The translations under genes were made by a program, and so were the position numbers. Positions 10,209 to 18,611 of a stretch of 64,000 nucleotides of DNA are shown piece after piece. The stretch covers positions 17,179 to 81,178 of the forward strand of contig JBDTBD010000003.1 in assembly GCA_039924285.1 (NCBI GenBank). Direction: 5' to 3'. This DNA is from Terrimesophilobacter sp. Lineage in GTDB: Bacteria; Actinomycetota; Actinomycetes; Actinomycetales; Microbacteriaceae. Under the pieces are notes generated by a model. It was given only the letters and a program-made list of their open reading frames with translations, was not told the origin of the DNA and did not search any database. Each line of letters begins with the position of its first letter. Positions within the stretch are counted from its first letter, which is position 1.

Positions 10209-11431
10209 AACCACGCGAGCACCTCGCCGCCTTCGGCACGGCCGACGGCGAACTCAAAATCGGTGGGATGCCGCTCAGCAGACTTGCTGCTCGCGTCGGT
10301 TCGACCCCCTTCTTCGCCTACGATCGCGCACTACTCGACGAACGGGTCGATCGGTTGCGCTCACTCCTTCCGGAGCAACTGGAACTCAGCTTCGCGATGA
10401 AGGCGAACCCCATGCCCGCTATCGTGCAGCACCTGGCACACACGATCGACCGGTTCGACGTCGCCTCAGGACTGGAATTGCGAACAGTTCTCGACACCAC
10501 AATCCCCGCCGATAAGGTCAGCTTCGCCGGCCCCGGCAAGTCTTTTGCAGAAATCCGGCAGGCAGTCGCAGCCGGTATCACCATCGAAGTCGAATCCCCC
10601 ACGGAATTCGGCCGTGTAATCGTTGCGGGGAACGAACTCGGGCTTGCGCCGAACGTCGCCGTGCGGGTGAATCCCGACTTCGCTGTGAAGGGATCGGGAA
10701 TGCGGATGGGCGGCGGACCACAACAGTTCGGCATCGACGCGGAACAGGTGCCTACAGTTCTGCGCGAATACGCAACGGCGGGAGCGAACGTTCTCGGCTT
10801 CCACGTATTCGCCGGCTCGCAGAACTTGAACGCGGTGACCCTCGCCGAGTCGCAGCGCCACACCGTCGATCTCATCAGCGCTCTCGCAGAGCACCTGCCC
10901 GCACCGGTGCGCTACATCAATCTGGGTGGCGGCTTCGGCATCCCGTACGTCGAGAAGGACCGACCACTCGACCTGGAGGCGGTAGCACAAAACCTCCATG
11001 ACCTGGTGGACGGGCCAATTGCACAGCGGATGCCCGAGGCACGCCCGGTTATCGAACTCGGCCGCTACATCGTTGGGGAGTGCGGTATCTACGTCACACG
11101 GGTGCTCGACCGCAAGATTTCCCGCGGAAAGACGTTTTTGGTCGTCGACGGGGGGATGCACCACCAACTCGCGGCCTCGGGCAACTTCGGTCAGGCCATT
11201 CGCAGGAACTATCCCATCGTGGTCGGGAATCGAGCTGAGGTCACCCCCGAGGAGAGAGCCACGATCGTAGGGTGCCTGTGCACCCCGCTTGATCTACTCG
11301 GGGATGACGTCGAACTTCCCCGAGCCGACATCGACGATCTCATCGTGGTTTTCCAGGCAGGGGCGTACGGCCTGACCGCGAGCCCGACCGCATTCCTCGG
11401 ACATCCCGCGCCGGTGGAAGTTCTCGTCTAA
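10205..11431 (+). CDS. PLP-dependent fold-type III decarboxylase, BtrK-like (similar to the 'exosortase A system-associated' decarboxylase)
   Basis: TPFFAYD, FAMKANP (PLP Lys), DVAS..E, FAGPGK, HVFAGSQ, NLGGGFG, ELGRY, DGGMHH, GCLCTPLD, GAYG. Confidence 0.9.
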   Translation: MKPREHLAAFGTADGELKIGGMPLSRLAARVGSTPFFAYDRALLDERVDRLRSLLPEQLELSFAMKANPMPAIVQHLAHTIDRFDVASGLELRTVLDTTIPADKVSFAGPGKSFAEIRQAVAAGITIEVESPTEFGRVIVAGNELGLAPNVAVRVNPDFAVKGSGMRMGGGPQQFGIDAEQVPTVLREYATAGANVLGFHVFAGSQNLNAVTLAESQRHTVDLISALAEHLPAPVRYINLGGGFGIPYVEKDRPLDLEAVAQNLHDLVDGPIAQRMPEARPVIELGRYIVGECGIYVTRVLDRKISRGKTFLVVDGGMHHQLAASGNFGQAIRRNYPIVVGNRAEVTPEERATIVGCLCTPLDLLGDDVELPRADIDDLIVVFQAGAYGLTASPTAFLGHPAPVEVLV

Positions 11432-11448
11432 CCCAATAAGGAGCAAGC

Positions 11449-11706
11449 ATGACCAACACCATGGACGCCGTACGCACGGTGCTGATCGAGGCTCTCGAGT
11501 TGCACCAGAATCCGGAAGATTTGCACGAGGACACCCCCCTGTTCGGCGCCCTCCCCGAACTCGACTCGTTCGGCGTCGTACAGCTCGTGACCTCGATCGA
11601 AGATCGCTTCGACATCACCGTTGACGACGACGAGTTCGGCGCCGAGATATTCGAGACGGTAGGCACCCTCACCGGGTTCGTCGATGCCAAGCTCGCCGCA
11701 GCTTAG
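11449..11706 (+). CDS. Acyl carrier protein
   Basis: 85 aa, acidic, LPELDSFG phosphopantetheine Ser, IEDRFDI, FETVGTL; RBS AAGGAG. Confidence 0.92.
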   Translation: MTNTMDAVRTVLIEALELHQNPEDLHEDTPLFGALPELDSFGVVQLVTSIEDRFDITVDDDEFGAEIFETVGTLTGFVDAKLAAA

Positions 11707-13447
11707 ATCGAACGGGCCGCACGGAGCCCTTCCCGGCTTTCTCGCGGTCGGACGCGACGATCCGACCCTCGAAACAGTGTTCGGGACTCAGGCGGGAGTC
11801 ACGACGACTCTGTGCGGTCCTGCGAAACTGGCGTCCTGGAACCTCGTGTCACTCACATCACCGATGCCGACGCTCACCCTTTCCCGCGTCACGAGAACCG
11901 AGAACGGCGAAGTATCTTCCGAAGAGATCGCCAACGGAATGCGTGACGATCCGACGGCGTTGACGCGCCTGCTTCCGCCTTTCGCTGCGGTGCGCGGAGA
12001 CGCGCAGGGGGTGACGATGGTCGCCGACTCGATGGGATTCCGGCAGCTGTATCACAGCACTCCGGACTCCACAGACCCGCCGGTGCTTTCGACGTCGGCC
12101 TTATTCGCGGGCTGGGCGCGGCGCGCCGAATTCGACCACACTGCGATCGCTGTTCAATCCTTGCTCGGGTGGCAGCTCGGCCAACGCACGTTGTTCAGCG
12201 GAGTCGACAAACTCGCCCCTGACGCCGTCGCCCATCTCGATGCCGAGGGCGTGCGAGTGAGCGCGCCGGAACGGAAACACGAGACAGAAATCCCCCTCAA
12301 AGAGGCAGTCTCGATGACCGCCGAGTTGCTTCGTGCCTCGCTGAACGCCCTGTTGGACGACCACCCCGACGCGGTGCTGCAACTCACCGGTGGGCAAGAT
12401 TCTCGCCTCCTCCTCAGCGCCATCCCGCTCGCCCGTCGGCACGGACTCCGCGCTATGACGCTGGGTGTCCCAGGAAGCGGGGATGTCATCGTCGCAAAGC
12501 GACTCGCGGAACAATACGGACTGCGGCACGAAGTCCACGGCCTTGCTGCTCTCGACGGTTTGAGTGCCATGGACGCCTGGGATCTCACTCGAGAAGCCGC
12601 GATGCGCCTCGACGGCATGTCGGACCCGATCGCTCTTGCCGCGCTCACGGTCGCCGAAAGCAGCTTTGACCAGGGTGTGCGGATCTCGGGACTCGGTGGA
12701 GAGGTCGCCCGCGGCTTCTACTACGTCGGCACGGTGCGCGAGCGGTCGTTCACACGGAAGGATGCCGGGCAGCTCGCCGCCTGGCGGATGTTCGTCAACG
12801 AGGCCGTCGAACCGGAACTCCTCGACCCGACGTTCTCGGCCTGGGCCCGTGCGACGGCCGACGATGAGGTCGTGTCTGCCATGACCGAAACGGGCGTTGG
12901 TTGGTTTCGGGCCACCGACGAACTTTACCTGCGGCACCGCATGCAACGATGGGCAGGCGTCACCGACACCGCGGTCAGTTCCCAGCGGATCGTCATCAAC
13001 CCGATGCTTTCACAGGACTTTCTCAGCATCGCTTCACGGCTGGCCCCAAAAGACAAAGCGCACTCGCGGTTTCTTGCCCTGCTGCAGATGGAACTCGACC
13101 CGGAACTTGGCCTAATTCCCCTGGAGGGGCGTCCAGCCCCGGTCGACATGGCGCACCCGAGCCCTTGGGCGTCGGCGGCCGGCGCCTTCCACACCGGGCG
13201 CCGCCTGGTCAAAAAAGTTGTCCAACGCGTACAGCGCGGAAATCGTGCTCCAGCCGGGGGATCCTTGCTCGCGGAGAAGGTCGTGGAACACTGGCGTGAG
13301 CACCCGGATTTCCTACTATCTGCGGAGCTCTCGACCTTCATTCGGCCGGACTGGACCGAGCATATGCTCAACGGGCGACTCACGCCTCGACCCAGTTCGA
13401 TCGCCTTCTTGACGAACCTCATAGTGGCCAGCCAACGGACATTCTGA
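11684..13447 (+). CDS. Asparagine synthetase-like ATP-dependent amide ligase (degenerate Ntn domain, no Cys1)
   Basis: ADSMGFRQLY, RTLFSGV, PP-loop LTGGQDSR, ISGLGGEVARGFY; start uncertain. Confidence 0.8.
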   Translation: MPSSPQLRSNGPHGALPGFLAVGRDDPTLETVFGTQAGVTTTLCGPAKLASWNLVSLTSPMPTLTLSRVTRTENGEVSSEEIANGMRDDPTALTRLLPPFAAVRGDAQGVTMVADSMGFRQLYHSTPDSTDPPVLSTSALFAGWARRAEFDHTAIAVQSLLGWQLGQRTLFSGVDKLAPDAVAHLDAEGVRVSAPERKHETEIPLKEAVSMTAELLRASLNALLDDHPDAVLQLTGGQDSRLLLSAIPLARRHGLRAMTLGVPGSGDVIVAKRLAEQYGLRHEVHGLAALDGLSAMDAWDLTREAAMRLDGMSDPIALAALTVAESSFDQGVRISGLGGEVARGFYYVGTVRERSFTRKDAGQLAAWRMFVNEAVEPELLDPTFSAWARATADDEVVSAMTETGVGWFRATDELYLRHRMQRWAGVTDTAVSSQRIVINPMLSQDFLSIASRLAPKDKAHSRFLALLQMELDPELGLIPLEGRPAPVDMAHPSPWASAAGAFHTGRRLVKKVVQRVQRGNRAPAGGSLLAEKVVEHWREHPDFLLSAELSTFIRPDWTEHMLNGRLTPRPSSIAFLTNLIVASQRTF

Positions 13448-13532
13448 AGTACCGATGAACCTAACGCGAGGTGATACGACTAAAACTCTCGGCTTGACGC
13501 GCCACACGTCGTCCGCTCTAATGGGAAAGCAA

Positions 13533-13555
13533 ACGTACCCCACCACGGGGTACGT
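13533..13555. promoter_or_regulatory. Perfect 9-bp stem hairpin in the leader of the DUF4082 gene
   Basis: ACGTACCCC-accac-GGGGTACGT; a TTGACG -35-like hexamer lies about 40 bp upstream. Confidence 0.45.
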
Positions 13556-13665
13556 CCTCCGCGCCCAGCCGGTACGACGGAGTGAGCGACAACTCGAAAT
13601 TCGGGACGAGTTAGGAAGCCATATTGAACTACCCTCAAAGCGTATCACGTCATCGTGGAACGAAA

Positions 13666-15186
13666 ATGAAAACCAAGTTTGTGCTCCGCGTCGGCAGCAT
13701 TGCGGCGGCGTTTGCGATGCTGCTGGCGTTGGTCGTTGCGAACGGTCCGTGGACCGCGGCTCCAGCCAGTGCAGCAGACAGTACGATGCTGGGCAGCTCG
13801 GCTCCGGCCGGACTTGTCTCTCACGCTGACACCAACGGGGTCGAGGTCGGAACGCGGTTTAGCGCGCGCACCGACGGAACGGCCACCGGGATGCGATTCT
13901 GGAAGGGCCAGAACGCCGCGAGCCCCCATCAAGGAACCCTCTGGAGCGCGCAGGGAATGAAGCTCGCTCATGCGACCTTCGCGAAGGAGACCCGTTCCGG
14001 TTGGCAGACCGCTAAGTTCGACCGGTCGGTCACACTGAAAGCGGGCCAGAGGTACGTGGTCTCGTACTACGCCACGGGTGGCCGGTATGCGGCAACGTAC
14101 AACTTCGCCGGAGAATCGAAGTCTCCCAACTTGGCAATCACGACGGGATCCGGCGTCTTCAAATACGGGTCGGAGTCGCTGTTCCCCACCGATACTTACC
14201 GCAACAGTTCATACTGGGTCGACCTGGTCTTCTCCCCGAGCGCAGCAGGCGCTTCCACCGACTACCAGAGGCCGATAACCACGCCGACGACCGCACCGAC
14301 ACCGGCACCGACAACCACGCCGACGCCAGCTCCGATAACCACTCCGAAGCCGGCTCCGACGACCACACCCGCGCCAGCGCCAGCGCCTGCGCCTGCGCCT
14401 GCGCCCACTAAGGGTTTCCCGTCGGCCGCCACAACAGGAGTTCCGACCGGAACCGCCCTCTCCGCCTACACCGGACCGTGCAGGATTACCACACCGAACA
14501 CCGTCATCAACGCCAAGCAGGTGAACTGCTCACTGGAGATCGTCGCGCAGGGCGTGACGATCACCCGGTCGCTCATCAACGGAACTGTCTACACCGATGC
14601 GGACGGAAGCGGAACCTTCACGATCAGCGACAGCAAGATCGTGATGGGTAACGAGGCGGGAACCGGGATTGGCGATGCCAGGTTCACGGCCACTCGCGTG
14701 GAAGTGACCGGCGGTAACCGATCCGTGAATTGCTACCTCGACTGCACCATCCAGAACTCTTACGTTCACGGTCAGTTCCGCGATAGCAGCGGGCGCACGC
14801 ACGAATCCGGAATTCGGATGGGGTCAGGCTCCGTGATCCGCGGCAACACCATTGCCTGCGACGCACCCGACGTGGCTCCGGACGCTGGATGCTCTGCGGC
14901 CCTGACCGGCTATGGTGACTTCGCGGTCGTCCAGAACAACACCATCGATGGGAACCAGTTCATCGGGGGATCCGGCGGCTACTGCTCGTACGGCGGCTCG
15001 ACACCCGGTAAGCCGTTCTCAAACGGGACCAAGAACATCAGGTTCACGAACAACGTCTGGCAACGTGGGGAGTCCGGTAAGTGCGGCTTCTACGGCCCGA
15101 TCACCTCATTCGACTCCGAGGCCCCGGGCAACGTGTGGAGCAACAACACGTGGGATAACGGAACCGCTGTTCAAGCCGCCGACTAA
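13666..15186 (+). CDS. Secreted protein: signal peptide, DUF4082 domain, Pro/Thr linker and right-handed beta-helix domain
   Basis: MKTK+hydrophobic+APASA signal; GVEVGTRF..GMRFWK..LWS..GWQ..YVVSY..YWVDLVF (DUF4082); (TP/AP)n linker; G/N-rich beta-helix-like repeats. Confidence 0.8.
   Translation: MKTKFVLRVGSIAAAFAMLLALVVANGPWTAAPASAADSTMLGSSAPAGLVSHADTNGVEVGTRFSARTDGTATGMRFWKGQNAASPHQGTLWSAQGMKLAHATFAKETRSGWQTAKFDRSVTLKAGQRYVVSYYATGGRYAATYNFAGESKSPNLAITTGSGVFKYGSESLFPTDTYRNSSYWVDLVFSPSAAGASTDYQRPITTPTTAPTPAPTTTPTPAPITTPKPAPTTTPAPAPAPAPAPAPTKGFPSAATTGVPTGTALSAYTGPCRITTPNTVINAKQVNCSLEIVAQGVTITRSLINGTVYTDADGSGTFTISDSKIVMGNEAGTGIGDARFTATRVEVTGGNRSVNCYLDCTIQNSYVHGQFRDSSGRTHESGIRMGSGSVIRGNTIACDAPDVAPDAGCSAALTGYGDFAVVQNNTIDGNQFIGGSGGYCSYGGSTPGKPFSNGTKNIRFTNNVWQRGESGKCGFYGPITSFDSEAPGNVWSNNTWDNGTAVQAAD
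14273..14410 (+). repeat. Pro/Thr/Ala low-complexity linker repeats (PTTTPAPAPAP)
   Basis: Degenerate 6- and 24-bp coding repeats. Confidence 0.85.
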
Positions 15187-15207
15187 ATCAGATTCGCCAA
15201 CTCAATG

Positions 15208-15250
15208 AGGTAGGCGTCGTGATTGCCGCTAGGCATCGCGACGCCTACCT
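15208..15250. terminator. Long stem-loop between convergent genes (likely bidirectional terminator)
   Basis: AGGTAGGCGTCGTGATTGCC-gcta-GGCATCGCGACGCCTACCT. Confidence 0.75.
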
Positions 15251-15266
15251 TCCGTTGGTTAACGCT

Positions 15267-16133
15267 CTACCACGTGAGCAAGGTCAATTCGCTGTAGAGG
15301 TAGTCCAGAGCGCCGGCGGACACGTTCTTGCTGCGGAACATCTTCGCCCGCGGGGTTCGGAGATCAACACCGAACGCCGGGACGAAGCCGAGCACGCGAC
15401 GCTCCGCGAGCGTCGCCAACGCTCCGTGCCGAAGGAGCAAATGCGACGCAATCTGTGGCCAAGCAGAGCGTAGGAGACCCTGGCTGCCCCCGACATACAA
15501 CGGTGAGACAAAGAGCGGGAGCCGTTTGCGGCGATCCTTGCGGACAACGAGATAGCTGTATTCCTCACCCGCAATCGCCACGATATGGCGGGCGGCAGGG
15601 GCAGCGCGGTGATCACGGTAGACCTGTGCGTCCCTCCCTCGGAGGATCCGCTCAACGACATCGGGATCATCCGACACCGTGAGACCTCGTCGCGGGATGG
15701 CCGGCAGATTGGGGGTCACACGTGTGGCCGTGTCGAGCAAGCTGAAGCCGAGGCGCTCATTCAGCGCCACCACGTTCCCGCTCGGCGAAAGGTCCGTGAA
15801 CTCGAATCCGCGCTGCGCCAGGATCGCGCGCACGAGCCGGAAGCTGTGGGCACGGTAACTCTCACGCACACAGAATGCCGCGAGGTTGCAGAACTTCCAC
15901 TGTTCGCCGTCGACGTCGCGTTCGGAATAGACCGCGACGTACACCCCGACGATCGTAGAATCCTCGACGAGCTGGAACCCGTGGTTGGGCGCCTCGACGC
16001 CCCAAGGAGGAAGGAGGAGCGCGCTCCACGCTCCGAGAGTGACCCGCGGGTTCAATTGATCGTGAAGGAATCTCGCAACCGCGCCAGCGTCCTCATTCCT
16101 GATCGGTCGTATCTCGATGTTTCCGCGACCCAT
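15267..16133 (-). CDS. GNAT-fold-like acyltransferase (hypothetical)
   Basis: IRPIRNED, IVGVY, FCNLAAFCVRESYR, TDLSPS..V..LNERLGF resemble GNAT motifs A/B. Confidence 0.6.
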   Translation of the reverse strand: MGRGNIEIRPIRNEDAGAVARFLHDQLNPRVTLGAWSALLLPPWGVEAPNHGFQLVEDSTIVGVYVAVYSERDVDGEQWKFCNLAAFCVRESYRAHSFRLVRAILAQRGFEFTDLSPSGNVVALNERLGFSLLDTATRVTPNLPAIPRRGLTVSDDPDVVERILRGRDAQVYRDHRAAPAARHIVAIAGEEYSYLVVRKDRRKRLPLFVSPLYVGGSQGLLRSAWPQIASHLLLRHGALATLAERRVLGFVPAFGVDLRTPRAKMFRSKNVSAGALDYLYSELTLLTW

Positions 16134-16235
16134 GAGCCGAATATTACGGCACAACCGCAGAGATGCCAGGTATCCTGCTTGAGGAAAGGATTCGCAGTTC
16201 GGTCACCCGAGACCACGGCGAAAGGAACCCCGACA

Positions 16236-17111
16236 ATGCCGAGCGTCGTCATCGCCGCGCACAACGAGGAAAACGTGATCGGCCGCTGCCTCTCCGCGCT
16301 GCTCGTCCAACAGATATCCGCACCTCTCGAGGTCGTCGTCAGTGCCAATGGCTGCACCGATCGCACGGTTGCCGTTGCGACGCGCCCCGGTGTCACTGTG
16401 ATCGATTCTCCGGAGCTAGGAAAGGCCGCGGCCTTGAACGCCGGCGACGAAGTTGCAACCGAATTCCCGAGGGTCTACCTGGACGCCGATATCGTTGTGC
16501 CTCCCGGCGGTCTCACCGCCGTGGTCGAACGCTTCGCGAAGACACCGCACCCGCTCGCCGTGGTGCCTCGGCGCCGAGTGAACACAGCGGGACGACCCTG
16601 GCCGGTGCGAGCATACCTTTCCATTAATGAGCTCCTGCCTGCGTTCCGAGGCGGATTGTTTGGACGTGGGATGATCGCGCTGTCCGAGCAGGGCCGCAAA
16701 CGGTTCGGTGCGTTTCCGACGATGATCGCGGACGATCTGTTCATCGACTCGCAGTTCTCCGACGCGGAAAAGGCCGAAGCAAGCGACGTTGAGGTTATTG
16801 TCGAGGCCCCGTTCACGACACGGGGGCTGATACGTCGGCTGGTTCGGGTGCGTCGCGGCAACGCCGAGCTGCGGGCGGCGGCCACGGCGGGACTGGTCGA
16901 AGTACGAGTACGTACGGCCGACCGCTGGGCCTGGTTGCGCGACGTCGTGAGGCTCAACCCACGGTTGATCCCCGCTGTCGTCCCCTATGTATCGATCACA
17001 CTGATCGCTGGTTTTCTGGCGCGGCGCAGGGTGAAGACGGCTCCCGGGTGGGGACGCGATGAGAGTACCCGTGGGGAGCAATCATCGGAGACGAACGGAG
17101 CGTCAGTATGA
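16236..17111 (+). CDS. Glycosyltransferase family 2
   Basis: SVVIAAHNEE, NGCTDRT, GKAAALNAG, YLDADI, ADDL; RBS AAAGGA. Confidence 0.92.
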   Translation: MPSVVIAAHNEENVIGRCLSALLVQQISAPLEVVVSANGCTDRTVAVATRPGVTVIDSPELGKAAALNAGDEVATEFPRVYLDADIVVPPGGLTAVVERFAKTPHPLAVVPRRRVNTAGRPWPVRAYLSINELLPAFRGGLFGRGMIALSEQGRKRFGAFPTMIADDLFIDSQFSDAEKAEASDVEVIVEAPFTTRGLIRRLVRVRRGNAELRAAATAGLVEVRVRTADRWAWLRDVVRLNPRLIPAVVPYVSITLIAGFLARRRVKTAPGWGRDESTRGEQSSETNGASV

Positions 17112-17761
17112 TCATCAACCTGTGCTTCCACGGCATCGGAACTATCACTCGGGAACGGGAGCCTGGCGAGTCCCGGTACTGGGTTACCGAAGACTGCTTT
17201 CGCCGCATCCTGGACGAGGTGCACGACAGTTCCAACGTCAGGTTGAGCTTCGACGACGGTAATCGGTCCGACGTCTCCGTTGTGCTCCCCGCTTTGCGGG
17301 AGCGTGCATTGCACGGCTCTTTCTTCCCTCTTGCCGGCCGCCTGGGCGACGCCGCGAGCCTCTCCCCCTCGGATCTGCGAGAACTGAGGAAGGACGGAAT
17401 GGCCATCGGAACTCACGGCTGGACCCACACCCCGTGGCGCGGACTGAGCAAAAAGGAAGCGCACCGGGAGCTGGCGGAGGCCCGCGCGATCCTCGCCGAA
17501 GCAAGCGGAGGACTGATCGAGGACGCGGCTTTGCCGCTTGGGCGGTATGACCGCCAACTTCTGGGGCGTCTGAGGCATATCGGATATCGGACGGTATACA
17601 CGAGCGATCGGCTCCCCGCGCGCTCCACCGCGTGGTTGCAGGCACGGTACAGCGTTACTGCGCAAGACACGGTGGAATCGGTTCGATCGATGATCAGGCG
17701 CCACCCCAGCGTGCGAGATGCCCGCAACCTGATGGCGAGCACGGTTAAGCGGATCCGGTGA
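17108..17761 (+). CDS. Polysaccharide deacetylase (CE4/NodB)
   Basis: CFHGI, LSFDDG, IGTHGWTH, ALPLG. Confidence 0.9.
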   Translation: MIINLCFHGIGTITREREPGESRYWVTEDCFRRILDEVHDSSNVRLSFDDGNRSDVSVVLPALRERALHGSFFPLAGRLGDAASLSPSDLRELRKDGMAIGTHGWTHTPWRGLSKKEAHRELAEARAILAEASGGLIEDAALPLGRYDRQLLGRLRHIGYRTVYTSDRLPARSTAWLQARYSVTAQDTVESVRSMIRRHPSVRDARNLMASTVKRIR

Positions 17762-17906
17762 CCAGCTGCCAACGAGTTGAAACCAATCTCAGTTCCGTGC
17801 TGTCGCGTATGTCATGTCGTCCCTTAGTATTTGTCGAGTTGCCGTCGGCGTTGAGGTCGAGTGCTTACACTGGGTGCCTGGGAAGGCCGGAGAGAGAGGA
17901 TCGCCC

Positions 17907-18611
17907 ATGACCATGAGCGAAATCGCGTCCGCCATGCTCCGGCGCTGGTACGTTCTCCTCGGGCTCCTCGCGTGCGCCGTGCTCGTCACGGTGATGCTGG
18001 CTCATGACGGTGGCATCTACACCACGAGGACCGTCGTTTCATTCCTGCGTCCCGCTGGCACGAGCCTGTCACTCGGCAATGGTACGAACGATCCAAGTGT
18101 CATCGCGTTCGCGGGGTCCGTCGTTCTGGGTATCAACAACGGCCGACCTCCCGCCAGCTACTCGATGGAGGACGCTCCCTATTACGGCGCCGGAATCCGT
18201 CAGGGCGCGCTCGTCGAACTGTCCAACTCGGGGAACCAATGGGTGTCGTCGTTCGACAAGGCGGAAATCCAGATCCAGATCGTCGGGCGCACCTCCAACT
18301 GGGTGCAGTCGAAGCAGGATGAACTTGTCAGCAAGGTCTTGAGCATTGCCGAATCCCAGCAGGCAGCCATGGCGATCTCTCCGAGCAAGCGCATCACCGC
18401 CTCCGTCGTTCCACTCACCACCCATATCGACTATGTCTCCGCCTCCCGAAGCAGCCAGCTGGCCGCCGGTGCCGCGATGCTCACCGCGGCGATGATCATC
18501 GGAGCCTGGGGTTCCGTCACCGCCGACCGCTTGCTTTCGAGACGACGGCTGTTAGCCGACACGTCGAAATCACCTCCAATCGATCACACTCTGGAAGGAT
18601 CACTATCGTGA
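17907..18611 (+). CDS. Wzz/PCP-like membrane protein 1
   Basis: MLRRWY followed by a TM helix, extracellular region and C-terminal TM helix. Confidence 0.6.
   Translation: MTMSEIASAMLRRWYVLLGLLACAVLVTVMLAHDGGIYTTRTVVSFLRPAGTSLSLGNGTNDPSVIAFAGSVVLGINNGRPPASYSMEDAPYYGAGIRQGALVELSNSGNQWVSSFDKAEIQIQIVGRTSNWVQSKQDELVSKVLSIAESQQAAMAISPSKRITASVVPLTTHIDYVSASRSSQLAAGAAMLTAAMIIGAWGSVTADRLLSRRRLLADTSKSPPIDHTLEGSLS

Noticed and set aside
10205-11431. Housekeeping lysA (diaminopimelate decarboxylase)
   Set aside because: Its motifs (HVFAGSQ, DGGMHH, CTPLD) and the ACP/ligase context fit the BtrK-like subfamily rather than LysA
11684-13447. Lasso peptide cyclase / RiPP cluster
   Set aside because: No precursor peptide, transglutaminase-like B protein or PqqD/RRE nearby; the context is polysaccharide synthesis
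13448-13665. Riboswitch in the DUF4082 gene leader
   Set aside because: Only a simple hairpin is visible and I cannot match it to a known aptamer; an Rfam/Infernal search is needed
8640-15186. Exosortase/PEP-CTERM sorting system
   Set aside because: No exosortase gene, and the secreted protein has no PEP-CTERM or LPXTG tail
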